From NCBI GenBank assembly GCA_047601445.1, contig JASGJH010000001.1:3360001-3424000 (forward strand): a stretch of 64,000 nt of DNA, written 5' to 3'. Below are positions 29,382-39,198 of the stretch, one piece after another (the first letter of the stretch is position 1; every line of letters begins with the position of its first letter). Source of the stretch: Myxococcales bacterium. GTDB taxonomy: Bacteria > Myxococcota_A > Polyangia > Polyangiales > DASUME01. Position numbers and translations under genes: made by a program. The notes below the pieces were generated by a model that was not told the origin of the DNA, did not search any database, and saw only the letters and a program-made list of their open reading frames with translations.

Positions 29382-30338
29382 TCAGCGGAGGATCCGCTCC
29401 ACGTCCGGCACGAGGAGCTCGGGCAGATTCTCTTCACCCAACATCTGGCGCAGGTTGACCTCGACGGTGCGCGAGATGGTCATCAGCGGCAGGTCATTGT
29501 CGTCCGTACCGAAGGGCTCCTCCAGCTCGTCGCCCACGGCGTCGAGGCCGAGAAAGGCGTAGGCAATGAGCAACACCACGACGGGCGTGAGCTGCTTGGT
29601 GGTGCTCACGAGTCCAAACGGCAGCGAGAAGCAATAGGCAGCCACGATGCTGTGGATCAGGAGTGTGTAAGACCACGGGATGGGCGTGGCCCGGATGCGT
29701 TCGCAGCCGCCCTGCACGTCCACCATGTCGCTGAGCAGGTTCTCGAGCAGGTGAACGTCGCGGGAGTGGAGCACGCCGTGGAAGCGCGCTTCGGTGACCA
29801 GGCGTCCCATCCCGTTCACGATGGCGAGTGGAACGTTGTACTCGCGCGTCAGCCCCGCGAGTTCGGCCTCGGGTAAGAGACCGCGTAGCGGCGTAAGGTC
29901 ATCGACAGGACCGCGCAGGTGCAGGCGTAGCGCGTGCGTGAACGCAATCGCTCGATAGACGAGGTCGCGGCGAAGGCTAGCGATGGCCTGCGCGTCCAAG
30001 CTAGCGTCAGGCGTCGCGCGCACGTCGATCAAGTCCAGCACCAGGCGGGCGAAGCTACGCGCGTCGTTGACGAGCCTGCCCCAGAGTCTCCTGCCTTCCC
30101 AGTAGCGGTCGTAGCTAGCGTTGTTGCGAAAGCCGAGAAACACGCCGAGCGCGAGGCCGATCAAGTTGAAGGGCAGCGGTGTAAGGTCCGTAAGTAGGCG
30201 GGCGTGATTCGAGAGATAAGTCACGATGCAGGCCACGGCGAACACGGCCAAGAGGCGCCCGCGGATCCGCGGCAAGGCACTGCCGCGCACCTGAAACAGC
30301 AAACGAAACCAGCTGATGCGTCGATCTGGAACGATCAT
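29382..30338 (-). CDS. Bestrophin family (YneE-like) channel
   Basis: FLGFRNNASYDRYWEGR, CERIRATPIP, EEPFG.DDNDLP. Confidence 0.93.
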   Translation of the reverse strand: MIVPDRRISWFRLLFQVRGSALPRIRGRLLAVFAVACIVTYLSNHARLLTDLTPLPFNLIGLALGVFLGFRNNASYDRYWEGRRLWGRLVNDARSFARLVLDLIDVRATPDASLDAQAIASLRRDLVYRAIAFTHALRLHLRGPVDDLTPLRGLLPEAELAGLTREYNVPLAIVNGMGRLVTEARFHGVLHSRDVHLLENLLSDMVDVQGGCERIRATPIPWSYTLLIHSIVAAYCFSLPFGLVSTTKQLTPVVVLLIAYAFLGLDAVGDELEEPFGTDDNDLPLMTISRTVEVNLRQMLGEENLPELLVPDVERILR

Positions 30339-30680
30339 GCCGGCACGACCTGCAGGGCCTGTACGGCTCGCTCCGCCCGCGTGCCAAACGCCGAAGCACC
30401 CGCCGACCCGCGGATTTCGCGGCGCGCACCATGCGCTTTCGCCAGGGTATCGCGCACCGAAACGGCGCGCACGAAGGCGAGCGCATTGCCGCAGCGCACC
30501 GACGCTCTCGAGTTCGTTGGCGGGGCGCTCACGCGCGCACGAGCAGACGCTTTCAGGAGCTGGAATTCCTCGGAACCTTCAATAGGTACAGCGCGAATCT
30601 TCGACATTGTCTGACTCCTACCACAACTTTCATCCCGGTCTGTCTTCGCCACGCCGCAGGCGTTTTGCTAGGCTCGCGCG

Positions 30681-31559
30681 GTGCTCGATTTCTCCGATCT
30701 CGCGACGCGAATGCGCCACGTGACAGATTGGTTGGCGTCCGTTTGGGATGGTCGGGGTCTGATTCTTACCCTCACGGGCGCGGGCATCTCGGCGGAGAGT
30801 GGCATCCCGACTTTTCGTGGCGAAGAGGGCTACTGGCAGATCGGCTCGCGCAACTATTTTCCAGAGGAGCTGGCCACCCGCGCCGCCTTCTCGCGCATGC
30901 CCGACGAGATCTGGGGTTGGTATCTGTATCGGCGCAGCGTATGCCGCGCCGCCTCGCCCAATGCGGGTCACCTGGCGCTGGCCGAACTCGAACGCGGTCT
31001 CGTGGAGCGCAACGAGGGCGAGCGTTTCCTGTTGGTCACGCAGAACGTAGACGGCCTGCATTTGAGGGCCGGGAACACCCTCGCGCGCACTTTTCAGATA
31101 CACGGCAACCTCGACTTCATGCGCTCCATCGAAGACTCCGACACGCGCTGCTATCCGTTGCCCAAGAGCCTCGGCGAGCGCTGGGAGCGCGGACGCGCCA
31201 TCGGTGCAGAGCAACGCGATCTCCTCGTCTGCCCGCACGACGGCAGCCCCGCGCGCCCGCACGTGCTGTGGTTCGACGAGAGCTACGACGAGGAACGCTT
31301 TCGCTATCAGAGCACGCTGGCCGCGGTGGAGCGCGCTGGGCTCGTGCTGGTGATCGGCACCTCGGGCGCCACCAATCTGCCCTCGATGATCGTCCACCGA
31401 ACGGCGCAACGGCAGGTCCCGCTGATCGTGATCAACCGCGATCCGAGCCCGTTCTCCAGCATGGCCGAGCGCATCCCGATGGGTCACTTCGTACAGGGTC
31501 CAGCGGGCGAAGTGCTGCCCCCGTTGGTGAACTTCCTGTTGGACGGCGAGTTGCCCTAG
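30681..31559 (+). CDS. Sir2/CobB family NAD-dependent deacylase
   Basis: TGAGISAESGIPTFRG, TQNVDGLH, HG, RPHVLWF, GTS, IN. Confidence 0.92.
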   Translation: MLDFSDLATRMRHVTDWLASVWDGRGLILTLTGAGISAESGIPTFRGEEGYWQIGSRNYFPEELATRAAFSRMPDEIWGWYLYRRSVCRAASPNAGHLALAELERGLVERNEGERFLLVTQNVDGLHLRAGNTLARTFQIHGNLDFMRSIEDSDTRCYPLPKSLGERWERGRAIGAEQRDLLVCPHDGSPARPHVLWFDESYDEERFRYQSTLAAVERAGLVLVIGTSGATNLPSMIVHRTAQRQVPLIVINRDPSPFSSMAERIPMGHFVQGPAGEVLPPLVNFLLDGELP

Positions 31560-31574
31560 CGGCGCGGCGGCTCC

Positions 31575-32009
31575 CTAGTTGGGCAGCTGGTTCTTCTTGC
31601 CGGGCTTGTTCCAGATGGCGTCCCAGTTGTCCCGGTAAGTACGCGTAGCCACTTGCGCGGGGCCGTGGTGAGCGTCGCTCCCGCCGCGGGCATTCAACGC
31701 GTTTTCAGGCAGCTGAACCTCCACGTCGCAGACGAGAGGGCTTTCCGGCCGCGGCTTGAGGCGGACGAGCTCGCCCTGGCCGATGTCGCCCTCCTTCACA
31801 CAGCGCACGATGCCCGCTTCGACGCGATCCTCGCGCGCTCGTAAGACAGCTAACGCTTCGCCGTCTTCGCTGATGCCCTGGATCAGCACCACGTCGCCGC
31901 GCTTCTTCTCGGCCTTGTCCCGGCGCGTCGGCTCCCGTTCACTCGCGGCCCGCTCGCGGGCGCCCCTCGTGGCTGGAGATTTCGGCTTGCTGCGGGGTTT
32001 GACGGTCAC
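31575..32009 (-). CDS. Hypothetical protein
   Basis: Coding-like composition; C-terminus GPAQVATRTYRDNWDAIW. Start uncertain. Confidence 0.6.
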   Translation of the reverse strand: MTVKPRSKPKSPATRGARERAASEREPTRRDKAEKKRGDVVLIQGISEDGEALAVLRAREDRVEAGIVRCVKEGDIGQGELVRLKPRPESPLVCDVEVQLPENALNARGGSDAHHGPAQVATRTYRDNWDAIWNKPGKKNQLPN

Positions 32010-32036
32010 CCGGCGCAGGATAGCAAGAGTGTACGC

Positions 32037-32939
32037 TCAGGGCCCGCGGCTGGCCGACCGAGCCTGAGCCTGCTCCAGGCGCAGGGAAGCGACGCGCTCG
32101 CAAGCGAGGGTCACGCCCGCACCGCAGGCTTTGCCGAAGAGCTCCGCTGCCCGGACCGGATCCCGCTTGAGGGCGTCCCCCAGCTGCATGCATGCCTCTC
32201 CGTCACTGGCCTTGCAGGCCAGCTCGAGCAGCGCGTGCTCGCGCTCGGGCGTGAAGGTCTCGTGACTGCGCTCCAGCTCGACCAAACTGCGACAGGCATT
32301 GCCGCGTCCGCCCTCACAGGCGCGCTCCAAGTAGTGGGCACTCTCGGCGAAATGCGCAGGGTCACTCGAAATGCGACGCCCGTAGAAGTCGCAGGCCTCG
32401 AGGTCACCGCGGTGACACGCCTGGGTCAGCAGCTCGAGGGCGCGGAACGTGTCTTGTCCCTCCTCGAGCAACAGCTTGGCCAACACGGTGCAGCCTACCG
32501 CGTCTCCGCCGTCACAGGATTCCTCGAAGAGCACCCGGCCGCGCGCCTCGTCGCGCTCGATACCGAGACCACGGTAGTACAGGGAGCCCAGTCCGCGACA
32601 GGCGGGGGCGTAGCCCTCTTCGCAGGCGTAGCGGTAGAGCTCCGCCGAGTAGCTGGCGCCGGAGTTACCCCGCGTCTCGAGGTCACGTCCTGCCGCGACG
32701 CAGTCATCCAGGTGACCGGCCACACAGCGCCGCTCGGCCCGCACGGGCATGCACTGGTTCTTGGACGGCACGTACTCGCTGCCCACTTCGCAACAGCTAC
32801 CCTGGGACATCCACTGCCCGGTGGGACAGTGCGGCACCGCTTCGGCGCTCTGGGCGGCGCCGAGCCCGAGGCTCAAGGCGGTCGCCGATAGGATGTTTCT
32901 AACGAGTGTGTTGGAACCGGGCTTGGGGGCTGCTGTCAT
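32037..32939 (-). CDS. Secreted Sel1-like repeat (Hcp-type, Cys-paired) protein
   Basis: Signal peptide; repeated ACxxG...ACxxLG...GxG motifs. Confidence 0.85.
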   Translation of the reverse strand: MTAAPKPGSNTLVRNILSATALSLGLGAAQSAEAVPHCPTGQWMSQGSCCEVGSEYVPSKNQCMPVRAERRCVAGHLDDCVAAGRDLETRGNSGASYSAELYRYACEEGYAPACRGLGSLYYRGLGIERDEARGRVLFEESCDGGDAVGCTVLAKLLLEEGQDTFRALELLTQACHRGDLEACDFYGRRISSDPAHFAESAHYLERACEGGRGNACRSLVELERSHETFTPEREHALLELACKASDGEACMQLGDALKRDPVRAAELFGKACGAGVTLACERVASLRLEQAQARSASRGP

Positions 32940-33185
32940 GGGTGGGGCTTCGACTCTTTCCTGGTTTCGCTACGACTACCGCGGCACGCGTTCCGAACGC
33001 CCCACACACGCGTGCCACCAGGACGAGGCGGGGATCGAGTCCCAGATTGCCGCTGAAAACCCGCTTCTCGCAAGGGCTGACCGCGATTTTGGTGGGATGG
33101 CGTGGGCCGCGGGACCTCGCGTCGATCACCGTGTGGGCGCTTCCCCACTTGCACACGCAGCGCGAGGCGCGCACCCTGCTGCAAC

Positions 33186-34076
33186 ATGAACTTTCCGCAT
33201 CTCGCCTACGGCACGCCGCGCAAACTGCCGAAGCCTCAAGCTTTGCGCGGGCGCGTGGTGGTGCTGGACATCGCGTTTGCGGCGCAGGGAGCGGGGGGCG
33301 CCAGCTTCGAGCGCACCACCAAACCGTTCATCGACGGACTCGGTGATCGGCTGGCGATGTGGGTCGACCATCACGACCACGCCAAGCACGCGCTGTACGC
33401 CGACGATGCGCGCTTCGTGCTGCGCACCAAGGCACAGCACGGCGCATGTCCAGAGATGGTTACGCCGAGCCTCGTGAAGCAGGTTGGCGCCATCGATACC
33501 ATCTGCTGCCACACCGACTTCGACGGCCTGTGTGCAGCAGCCAAATGGATTCGTCTCGGCGAAGAGCCCTACCCCGGCGCGGACGCGGATGCCCACGCCA
33601 TCGATACCCGGCTGGGAACTCCGTCGGAGCTCGCCGAGACCATCGACCGCGCGCTGCGCGGGCGGCCCACCGACGAGGGCCTGCGCGGGTTGATCGTGCG
33701 GTTCCTGGCCGAAGGAGCATCCGATAAGGGGCTGTTCGGTCCCATTGAGGACGCCGCCACGGTGTTCCGCAGCCACGAGGAAGAAGCGCGTCGGCTGGCG
33801 CTGCAATACGAGGTGATCGGGGACGTCGCGCTGGTGAACGCCAGCGACGCGCGCGTGCACTACGACAAGACGCTGCTGCTGCTGCTGGGGCAGGAGCGCG
33901 CCACCATTTCCATCGTGTACGACCGCACCACGGTGACCGCTGCCGCACGCTTCGACAGCGGCGTAGACCTGCTGGCGAAGCTGGGACTTGAAGGCGGAAT
34001 GCCTACACGCGTGAGTGTACCTGTGGGAAAGCTCGCGTTTGTGCTCGAGCGGCTCGGTGTGAAACGGCCGAGCTAG
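33186..34076 (+). CDS. DHH-superfamily phosphoesterase-like protein with reordered motifs
   Basis: VVLD, WVDHHDH, CHTDFDG, AIDT. Confidence 0.6.
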   Translation: MNFPHLAYGTPRKLPKPQALRGRVVVLDIAFAAQGAGGASFERTTKPFIDGLGDRLAMWVDHHDHAKHALYADDARFVLRTKAQHGACPEMVTPSLVKQVGAIDTICCHTDFDGLCAAAKWIRLGEEPYPGADADAHAIDTRLGTPSELAETIDRALRGRPTDEGLRGLIVRFLAEGASDKGLFGPIEDAATVFRSHEEEARRLALQYEVIGDVALVNASDARVHYDKTLLLLLGQERATISIVYDRTTVTAAARFDSGVDLLAKLGLEGGMPTRVSVPVGKLAFVLERLGVKRPS

Positions 34077-34135
34077 GGCGCGCCAACCGCGATTCTCGAG
34101 CAGATCTGCCAGCGGTTGCCGGGCTATACTGGGCC

Positions 34136-35239
34136 ATGGCACTACCTCTTTCGTTCTTCGAACGTCTCCCCAAGACCGACCTCCACGTCCACCTCGACGG
34201 GTCGCTGCGCGTGAGCACGATCCTCGAGCTCGCGGAAGAACAGGGCGTCAAGCTCCCCGCGGAGACGCCCGAGGAACTCCTCAAAGCCATGAACTGCGGC
34301 ATTCGCACCGGTTCGTTGGTGGAGTACCTCAAGGCCTTCGACGTCACCTTGCGCGTGCTGCAGACCGAGCAGGCGCTGTCGCGCGTGGCCTACGAGCTGT
34401 GTGAAGACGCGGCCAACGAGAACGTGCGCTACATGGAGATCCGCTACGCCCCCATGTTGCACACCAAGCTAGACCTGCGCTTGACGGCCGTGGTCGAGGC
34501 CGTGCTCTCGGGCATCGCGCGCGCACGCGAGGAGCTCGGCGTGCACGCCAAGGTCATCATCTGCGGCATCCGCAACATCTCGCCGGAGTCGTCGCTCGAG
34601 ATGGCGCGCCTGGCGGTGGCCTACAAGAACCGCGGCGTGGTGGGGTTCGACCTGGCAGGCGCCGAGTACGACCACCCACCGAAGCATCACCGGGATGCGT
34701 TCGAGCTCATCCGCAAGAACAACATCAACTGCACCATCCACGCGGGCGAAGCTTTCGGGCCCGAGTCCATCGCCCAGGCCATCCACGTGTGCGGCGCCCA
34801 TCGCATCGGACACGGCTGTCGACTCTGGGAAAACGGCGACTTGTTGGCGTACGTGAACGACCATCGCATCCCGCTCGAGTGCTGTCCTTCGTCGAACGTG
34901 CAGACGGGCGCGGTGCCCGAGTTGGGCCGCCATCCCATCAAGCTCTATCACGACCTCGGTTTGCGGGTGACCGTGAACACCGACAACCGCCTGATCACGG
35001 ACACCTCGGTGTCACGTGAGTTGTGGCTCTGCCATACCCAGCTGGGGCTCTCGCTCAGCGACATCAAGCACATCGTGCTGAACGGCTTCAAGGCGGCCTT
35101 CTTGCCCTTCCACCAGCGTCAAGACTACGTGCGGCGCATCGCGGAGGAGCTCGACCGCTTCCACGACGATGGCAGTATCTCGCACCCCGACATGGACAGC
35201 CTGGTCCCGCGCTCTTCCCTCCACCCGGCCACCGTGTAA
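34136..35239 (+). CDS. add: Adenosine deaminase
   Basis: LPKTDLHVHLDGS, GFDLAGAE, TIHAGE, RIGHG, CPSSN, NTDN. Confidence 0.93.
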   Translation: MALPLSFFERLPKTDLHVHLDGSLRVSTILELAEEQGVKLPAETPEELLKAMNCGIRTGSLVEYLKAFDVTLRVLQTEQALSRVAYELCEDAANENVRYMEIRYAPMLHTKLDLRLTAVVEAVLSGIARAREELGVHAKVIICGIRNISPESSLEMARLAVAYKNRGVVGFDLAGAEYDHPPKHHRDAFELIRKNNINCTIHAGEAFGPESIAQAIHVCGAHRIGHGCRLWENGDLLAYVNDHRIPLECCPSSNVQTGAVPELGRHPIKLYHDLGLRVTVNTDNRLITDTSVSRELWLCHTQLGLSLSDIKHIVLNGFKAAFLPFHQRQDYVRRIAEELDRFHDDGSISHPDMDSLVPRSSLHPATV

Positions 35240-35284
35240 CCTTGCCCGATGCGCGCCGAACCGTGTGAGGCGCAGCAACCCGGC

Positions 35285-36067
35285 ATGTTCGATAGTCACT
35301 GCCACCTCGACGACGACGCCTTCGACGCTGACCGCGGCGAGGTCCTGGCGCGCGCGCGAAGCGCGGGGCTGACGGGCATCGTGGTGCCGGGCTACGAGCC
35401 TGCGGAGTGGGCCGACCTGGCGCACTTCTGCGAGCAGGATCCGCTGCTGTGTTGCGGCGTGGGCCTGCATCCCTGGTATGTGCCTACTTTGGAGGCCGGG
35501 GCCCTCGAGGCGGCCCTGCAGGAACTCCCTGCCAGCGCGGCGCGAGCCCGCGCGGTGGCGATCGGCGAGTGTGGTCTCGATGGCGCCAAGGCGCGCCGTG
35601 GTGGGGCCAGCATGGAGCTGCAAAAGCGCGTCCTCGAGCGGCACCTCGACGTGGCGAGCGCGCTCGCGCTGCCCGTGATTTTGCACTGCGTCGATGCGCA
35701 CGGCGCACTGCTCGAGTTGCTCGAGCGACGCGGCCCGCTCACGCGAGGCGGCGTGATGCACAGCTACAGCGGGCCCGCCGATCTCATCGCGCGCTATGCG
35801 CGGCTCGGGCTCTACTTCAGCTTCGCCGGCGTGGTGAGCCACGAAAACGCCAAGCGCCCCCGCAAAGCCCTGTGCGGCGTCCCGCTGTCTCGCCTGCTGG
35901 TGGAGAGCGATGGCCCAGATCAGGCGGCCGAGGGCGCGGGGAGCCGACGCTCGGAGCCTGCGCACATTGTCCGCCTGCTCGACATCTACGCGAATCTACG
36001 CACGGAATCGCGCGCCGACCTGGGTCAGGCCTGTGCCGACAACGGAGCCGCACTCTTCGCGCGCTGA
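35285..36067 (+). CDS. TatD family nuclease
   Basis: DSHCHL, GLHP, IGECGLD, ILH, MHSY, ESD. Confidence 0.92.
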   Translation: MFDSHCHLDDDAFDADRGEVLARARSAGLTGIVVPGYEPAEWADLAHFCEQDPLLCCGVGLHPWYVPTLEAGALEAALQELPASAARARAVAIGECGLDGAKARRGGASMELQKRVLERHLDVASALALPVILHCVDAHGALLELLERRGPLTRGGVMHSYSGPADLIARYARLGLYFSFAGVVSHENAKRPRKALCGVPLSRLLVESDGPDQAAEGAGSRRSEPAHIVRLLDIYANLRTESRADLGQACADNGAALFAR

Positions 36068-36086
36068 GCTGCTACCTTGGGGCCCC

Positions 36087-36968
36087 ATGTCGATGGACCT
36101 ACCTGCCCGCGACCCGCTCGTGCCCCAGGAGTCGAGGGAGACCTCGTCGTCGGGCGGCGGTCTAGATCGCGAGACCGTCTACCGGACGCACCGGCGCTTC
36201 GACCGGGCCGCGCGTCTCTTCACCGAGCCGGGGCTCGCGCGCTTGATGGACGCCCGGGTGGTGATCTTCGGGCTGGGCGGCGTGGGCTCCTTCGCCGCCG
36301 AGGCGCTCTCGCGCAGCGCCGTGGGCAACCTGGTGCTGGTGGACTTCGACGAGATCTGTGTGACCAACGTCAACCGCCAGCTGCACGCGCTCAAGGGCAA
36401 CGTGGGCAAGGCCAAGGTCGACGTGATGGCGGAGCGTCTGCGCTTGATCCACCCGACCGGCAACGTGGACCCCGTGCCCACTTTCTACAACGCCGAGACC
36501 AGCGACCAACTGCTCGACGGGCGCATCGACTACGTGGTGGACGCCATCGACAACATCACGGCCAAGGTGCACTTGCTGGCCACCTGCATCCGGCGCGGCA
36601 TTCCGGTGGTGTCTTCGATGGGCGCGGCGGCCCGGCTCGATCCCACCCGCGTGCGCACGGCGCCTCTCGGAGAGACCTACAAGGACCCCTTCGCGCGCAA
36701 CGTGCGCAAGCTCCTGCGTCAGAAGCATGGCGTGGAGGCTGAGCAGGGCCTCGAGGGCGTGACCGCTGTGTTCAGCGACGAGGAACCCACCGTGCCGAGC
36801 GAGGTCCACTACGACCACGGCCAGGGCTTCCGCTGCGTGTGCCCCAACGGCGACAATGGCCTGCACAGCTGCGAGAAGCGCAGCCGCATCGAAGGCAGCG
36901 CGGCCTTCGTGGTGGGGACCTTTGGCCTCACCTGCGCCAGCGTCGTGGTGCGTCAGCTGATCAAGTAA
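36087..36968 (+). CDS. tcdA: tRNA threonylcarbamoyladenosine dehydratase (ThiF/E1-like)
   Basis: GLGGVGS, TNVNRQLHA, DAID, SSMGAA..DPT, DP.A..VRK.LR, VFSDE. Confidence 0.88.
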   Translation: MSMDLPARDPLVPQESRETSSSGGGLDRETVYRTHRRFDRAARLFTEPGLARLMDARVVIFGLGGVGSFAAEALSRSAVGNLVLVDFDEICVTNVNRQLHALKGNVGKAKVDVMAERLRLIHPTGNVDPVPTFYNAETSDQLLDGRIDYVVDAIDNITAKVHLLATCIRRGIPVVSSMGAAARLDPTRVRTAPLGETYKDPFARNVRKLLRQKHGVEAEQGLEGVTAVFSDEEPTVPSEVHYDHGQGFRCVCPNGDNGLHSCEKRSRIEGSAAFVVGTFGLTCASVVVRQLIK

Positions 36969-37001
36969 GGACTGCTCAGCCGCGCGACACTTGGCTCGCG
37001 A

Positions 37002-37056
37002 AGCGAACCTCGCGGTCGGGCGGGCCCCGGGGCGGGGAGGTCGCGTGAACTCCCCG
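37002..37056. repeat. Repeat family B, copy 4, with flanking agcgaacctcgcgg box
   Basis: cggggaggtcgcgtgaactccccg hairpin. The flank is the reverse complement of ccgcgaggttcgct next to copy 1. Confidence 0.7.
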
Positions 37057-37060
37057 AAAA

Positions 37061-37612
37061 TTAACGCCGCATGGTGCCCCGGTCGGCGGTGGTCACGTAG
37101 GTGCCGCGCGGCCAGTGGCGGAAATAGGACACGTCGAGCACGGGGCCGCCGTCGTCGGCGTACTCTCCCGTCGGGTGCCCGTAGACCTTGAGCAGAGACC
37201 CGACCGCGACGTGATCGGGGCCCTTCTTCTCTTCGGGCTTGAGCATGAGGTCTCCGTCGAAGGAGCCCAGATCGCGCTCGGCGATCGTGAGTCGGCAGGA
37301 GGACGAGCTCTGCTCCGAGCACAGGTGGCGCTCGTGATGGGCGTGCAGTTCCATGGAGACGCGGGTCTTGCCGTTGCCCAAATCGCGTAGGCCACGTACC
37401 ACGCCGAACCAGCCGATCTCCGTTGTTTGGAAGCCATTCGGGTCGCGTTTGACGTCCTCCAAGGGCACCGCCTGGGCCGACAGATAGTGAGCCTTCTCCG
37501 CGCGCAGCGGCTCGTAGCTGCGGGCAAAGTTGTAGTTGTTGGCACCGCCGCAAGCGGCGCAGGCGAGGGACCAGGAGAGGAGGGACCAGAAACGGAGTTG
37601 GCGCGTCGACAC
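37061..37612 (-). CDS. Hypothetical lipoprotein
   Basis: Signal with lipobox (CAAC); coding-like composition. Confidence 0.65.
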   Translation of the reverse strand: MSTRQLRFWSLLSWSLACAACGGANNYNFARSYEPLRAEKAHYLSAQAVPLEDVKRDPNGFQTTEIGWFGVVRGLRDLGNGKTRVSMELHAHHERHLCSEQSSSSCRLTIAERDLGSFDGDLMLKPEEKKGPDHVAVGSLLKVYGHPTGEYADDGGPVLDVSYFRHWPRGTYVTTADRGTMRR

Positions 37613-37677
37613 GCTTGCCCTTGTACCATAGAGTGCGGCGCGCGAAGCCCCTCAAGGGCTCGCGGGGAGATGTCTAG

Positions 37678-39153
37678 ATGCCTTCGTCCGCTCGACCGGG
37701 ATTGGCCTTCGACGAGCCGCTGATTTTCGAACGCGGGACCCAAGGTCGGACCGGAGCCAGCCTGCCCGAGGCCGACGTGCCCGAGGTCGACATGGGAGCC
37801 CTGCTGGGTGCCCAGTACCGCAGCGAGCCCACGCCGCTCCCCGAGGTCAGCGAGCCCGAGGCCTTCCGGCATTTCGTGCGCCTGAGCCAGCAGAACTTCG
37901 CGATCGATCTGGGCATGTACCCGCTGGGTTCCTGCACCATGAAGTACAACCCCAAGATCAACGAGTGGGCCGCCCGCTTGAACGGCTTCGCGCGCCTCCA
38001 CCCCTACGCGCCCGAGGCCATGCTGCAGGGCGCGCTGGAGCTGATGTACCGGCTCGAGCGTGGGCTCGCCGAGGTGTGCGGCATGGACCGCGTCTCGCTG
38101 CAGCCCGCGGCGGGTGCCCAGGGCGAGCTCGCGGGTCTGATGATGATCCGCGCCCACCACACGGCCCAGGGCCGCAGCCCGCGCAAGGTGCTCATCCCGG
38201 ACACCGCCCACGGCACCAACCCTGCTTCCTGCGCCCTCAATGGCTTCGAGGCCGTGTCGTTCCCCGGCAGTGAGGGCGGCACCGTGGTTGCCGAGACCCT
38301 CGCCAGCTACATCGACGACGACGTCGCGGCGGTGATGATCACCAACCCGAACACCGTGGGCCTGTTCGAGAGCGACCTGCCGAAGATCGCGCAGATGGTT
38401 CACGACAAGGGCGGCCTGGTGTACGGCGACGGCGCCAACCTCAACGCGCTGATGGGCCGCGCACGCCCGGGCGATCTCGGCATCGACGTGATGCAGTTCA
38501 ACCTGCACAAGACGTTCACCACGCCGCACGGCGGTGGCGGTCCGGGCTGCGGTCCCGTGGCGTACAAGAACGTGCTCGCGCCGTACGCTCCCACGCCCAC
38601 CGTCGAGCGCCGCGACGACAACACCTACTATCTCGACTACGCGCGTCCCAAGAGCGTGGGCCGCCTGCGCACGTTCTACGGCAACTTCGGCATGATGGTG
38701 CGCGCTTACACCTATCTGCGCGAGATGGGCGCCGAGGGGCTCAAGCAAGCCACCGACCTCGCCGTGCTCAACGCCAACTACCTGCGAGCTTGTCTGGCCG
38801 AGCAATGGCACGTGGCCTACGACCGCTCCTGCATGCACGAAGTGGTGATCTCCGACAAGCTGCTCAAGGCAAGCGGTGTCACCACGCTGGACGTGGCCAA
38901 GCGCCTGCTCGACTACGGCTTCCACCCGCCCACCGTGTACTTCCCCCTGGTGGTCAAGGGCGCCATGCTCATCGAGCCCACCGAGACCGAGACCAAGCAG
39001 ACGCTGGACGAGTTCGTGGATGCCCTTGCGAGCATCAAGCGCGAGTCTCAGGAAGACCCGGAGATGGTGAAGGCCGCGCCCCACCTCACACGGCTACGCC
39101 GGCTGGACGAGACCCGCGCCGCGCGCAAGCCCGTGCTGCGCTGGACGCCCTGA
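37678..39153 (+). CDS. gcvPB: Glycine dehydrogenase (decarboxylating) subunit 2
   Basis: YPLGSCTMKYNPK, QPAAGAQGE, AHGTNPAS, NLHKTFTTPHGGGGPG, IEPTETE. Confidence 0.96.
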   Translation: MPSSARPGLAFDEPLIFERGTQGRTGASLPEADVPEVDMGALLGAQYRSEPTPLPEVSEPEAFRHFVRLSQQNFAIDLGMYPLGSCTMKYNPKINEWAARLNGFARLHPYAPEAMLQGALELMYRLERGLAEVCGMDRVSLQPAAGAQGELAGLMMIRAHHTAQGRSPRKVLIPDTAHGTNPASCALNGFEAVSFPGSEGGTVVAETLASYIDDDVAAVMITNPNTVGLFESDLPKIAQMVHDKGGLVYGDGANLNALMGRARPGDLGIDVMQFNLHKTFTTPHGGGGPGCGPVAYKNVLAPYAPTPTVERRDDNTYYLDYARPKSVGRLRTFYGNFGMMVRAYTYLREMGAEGLKQATDLAVLNANYLRACLAEQWHVAYDRSCMHEVVISDKLLKASGVTTLDVAKRLLDYGFHPPTVYFPLVVKGAMLIEPTETETKQTLDEFVDALASIKRESQEDPEMVKAAPHLTRLRRLDETRAARKPVLRWTP

Positions 39154-39198
39154 TCGCGCTGAACACCCGCAATCAGGCCCGACGCGTTGGCGGCGGAG

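Noticed and set aside
30681..31559. Sir2 as an anti-phage (Thoeris/DSR-type) effector
   Set aside because: Motifs match housekeeping CobB-type deacylases, and there are no defence partners.
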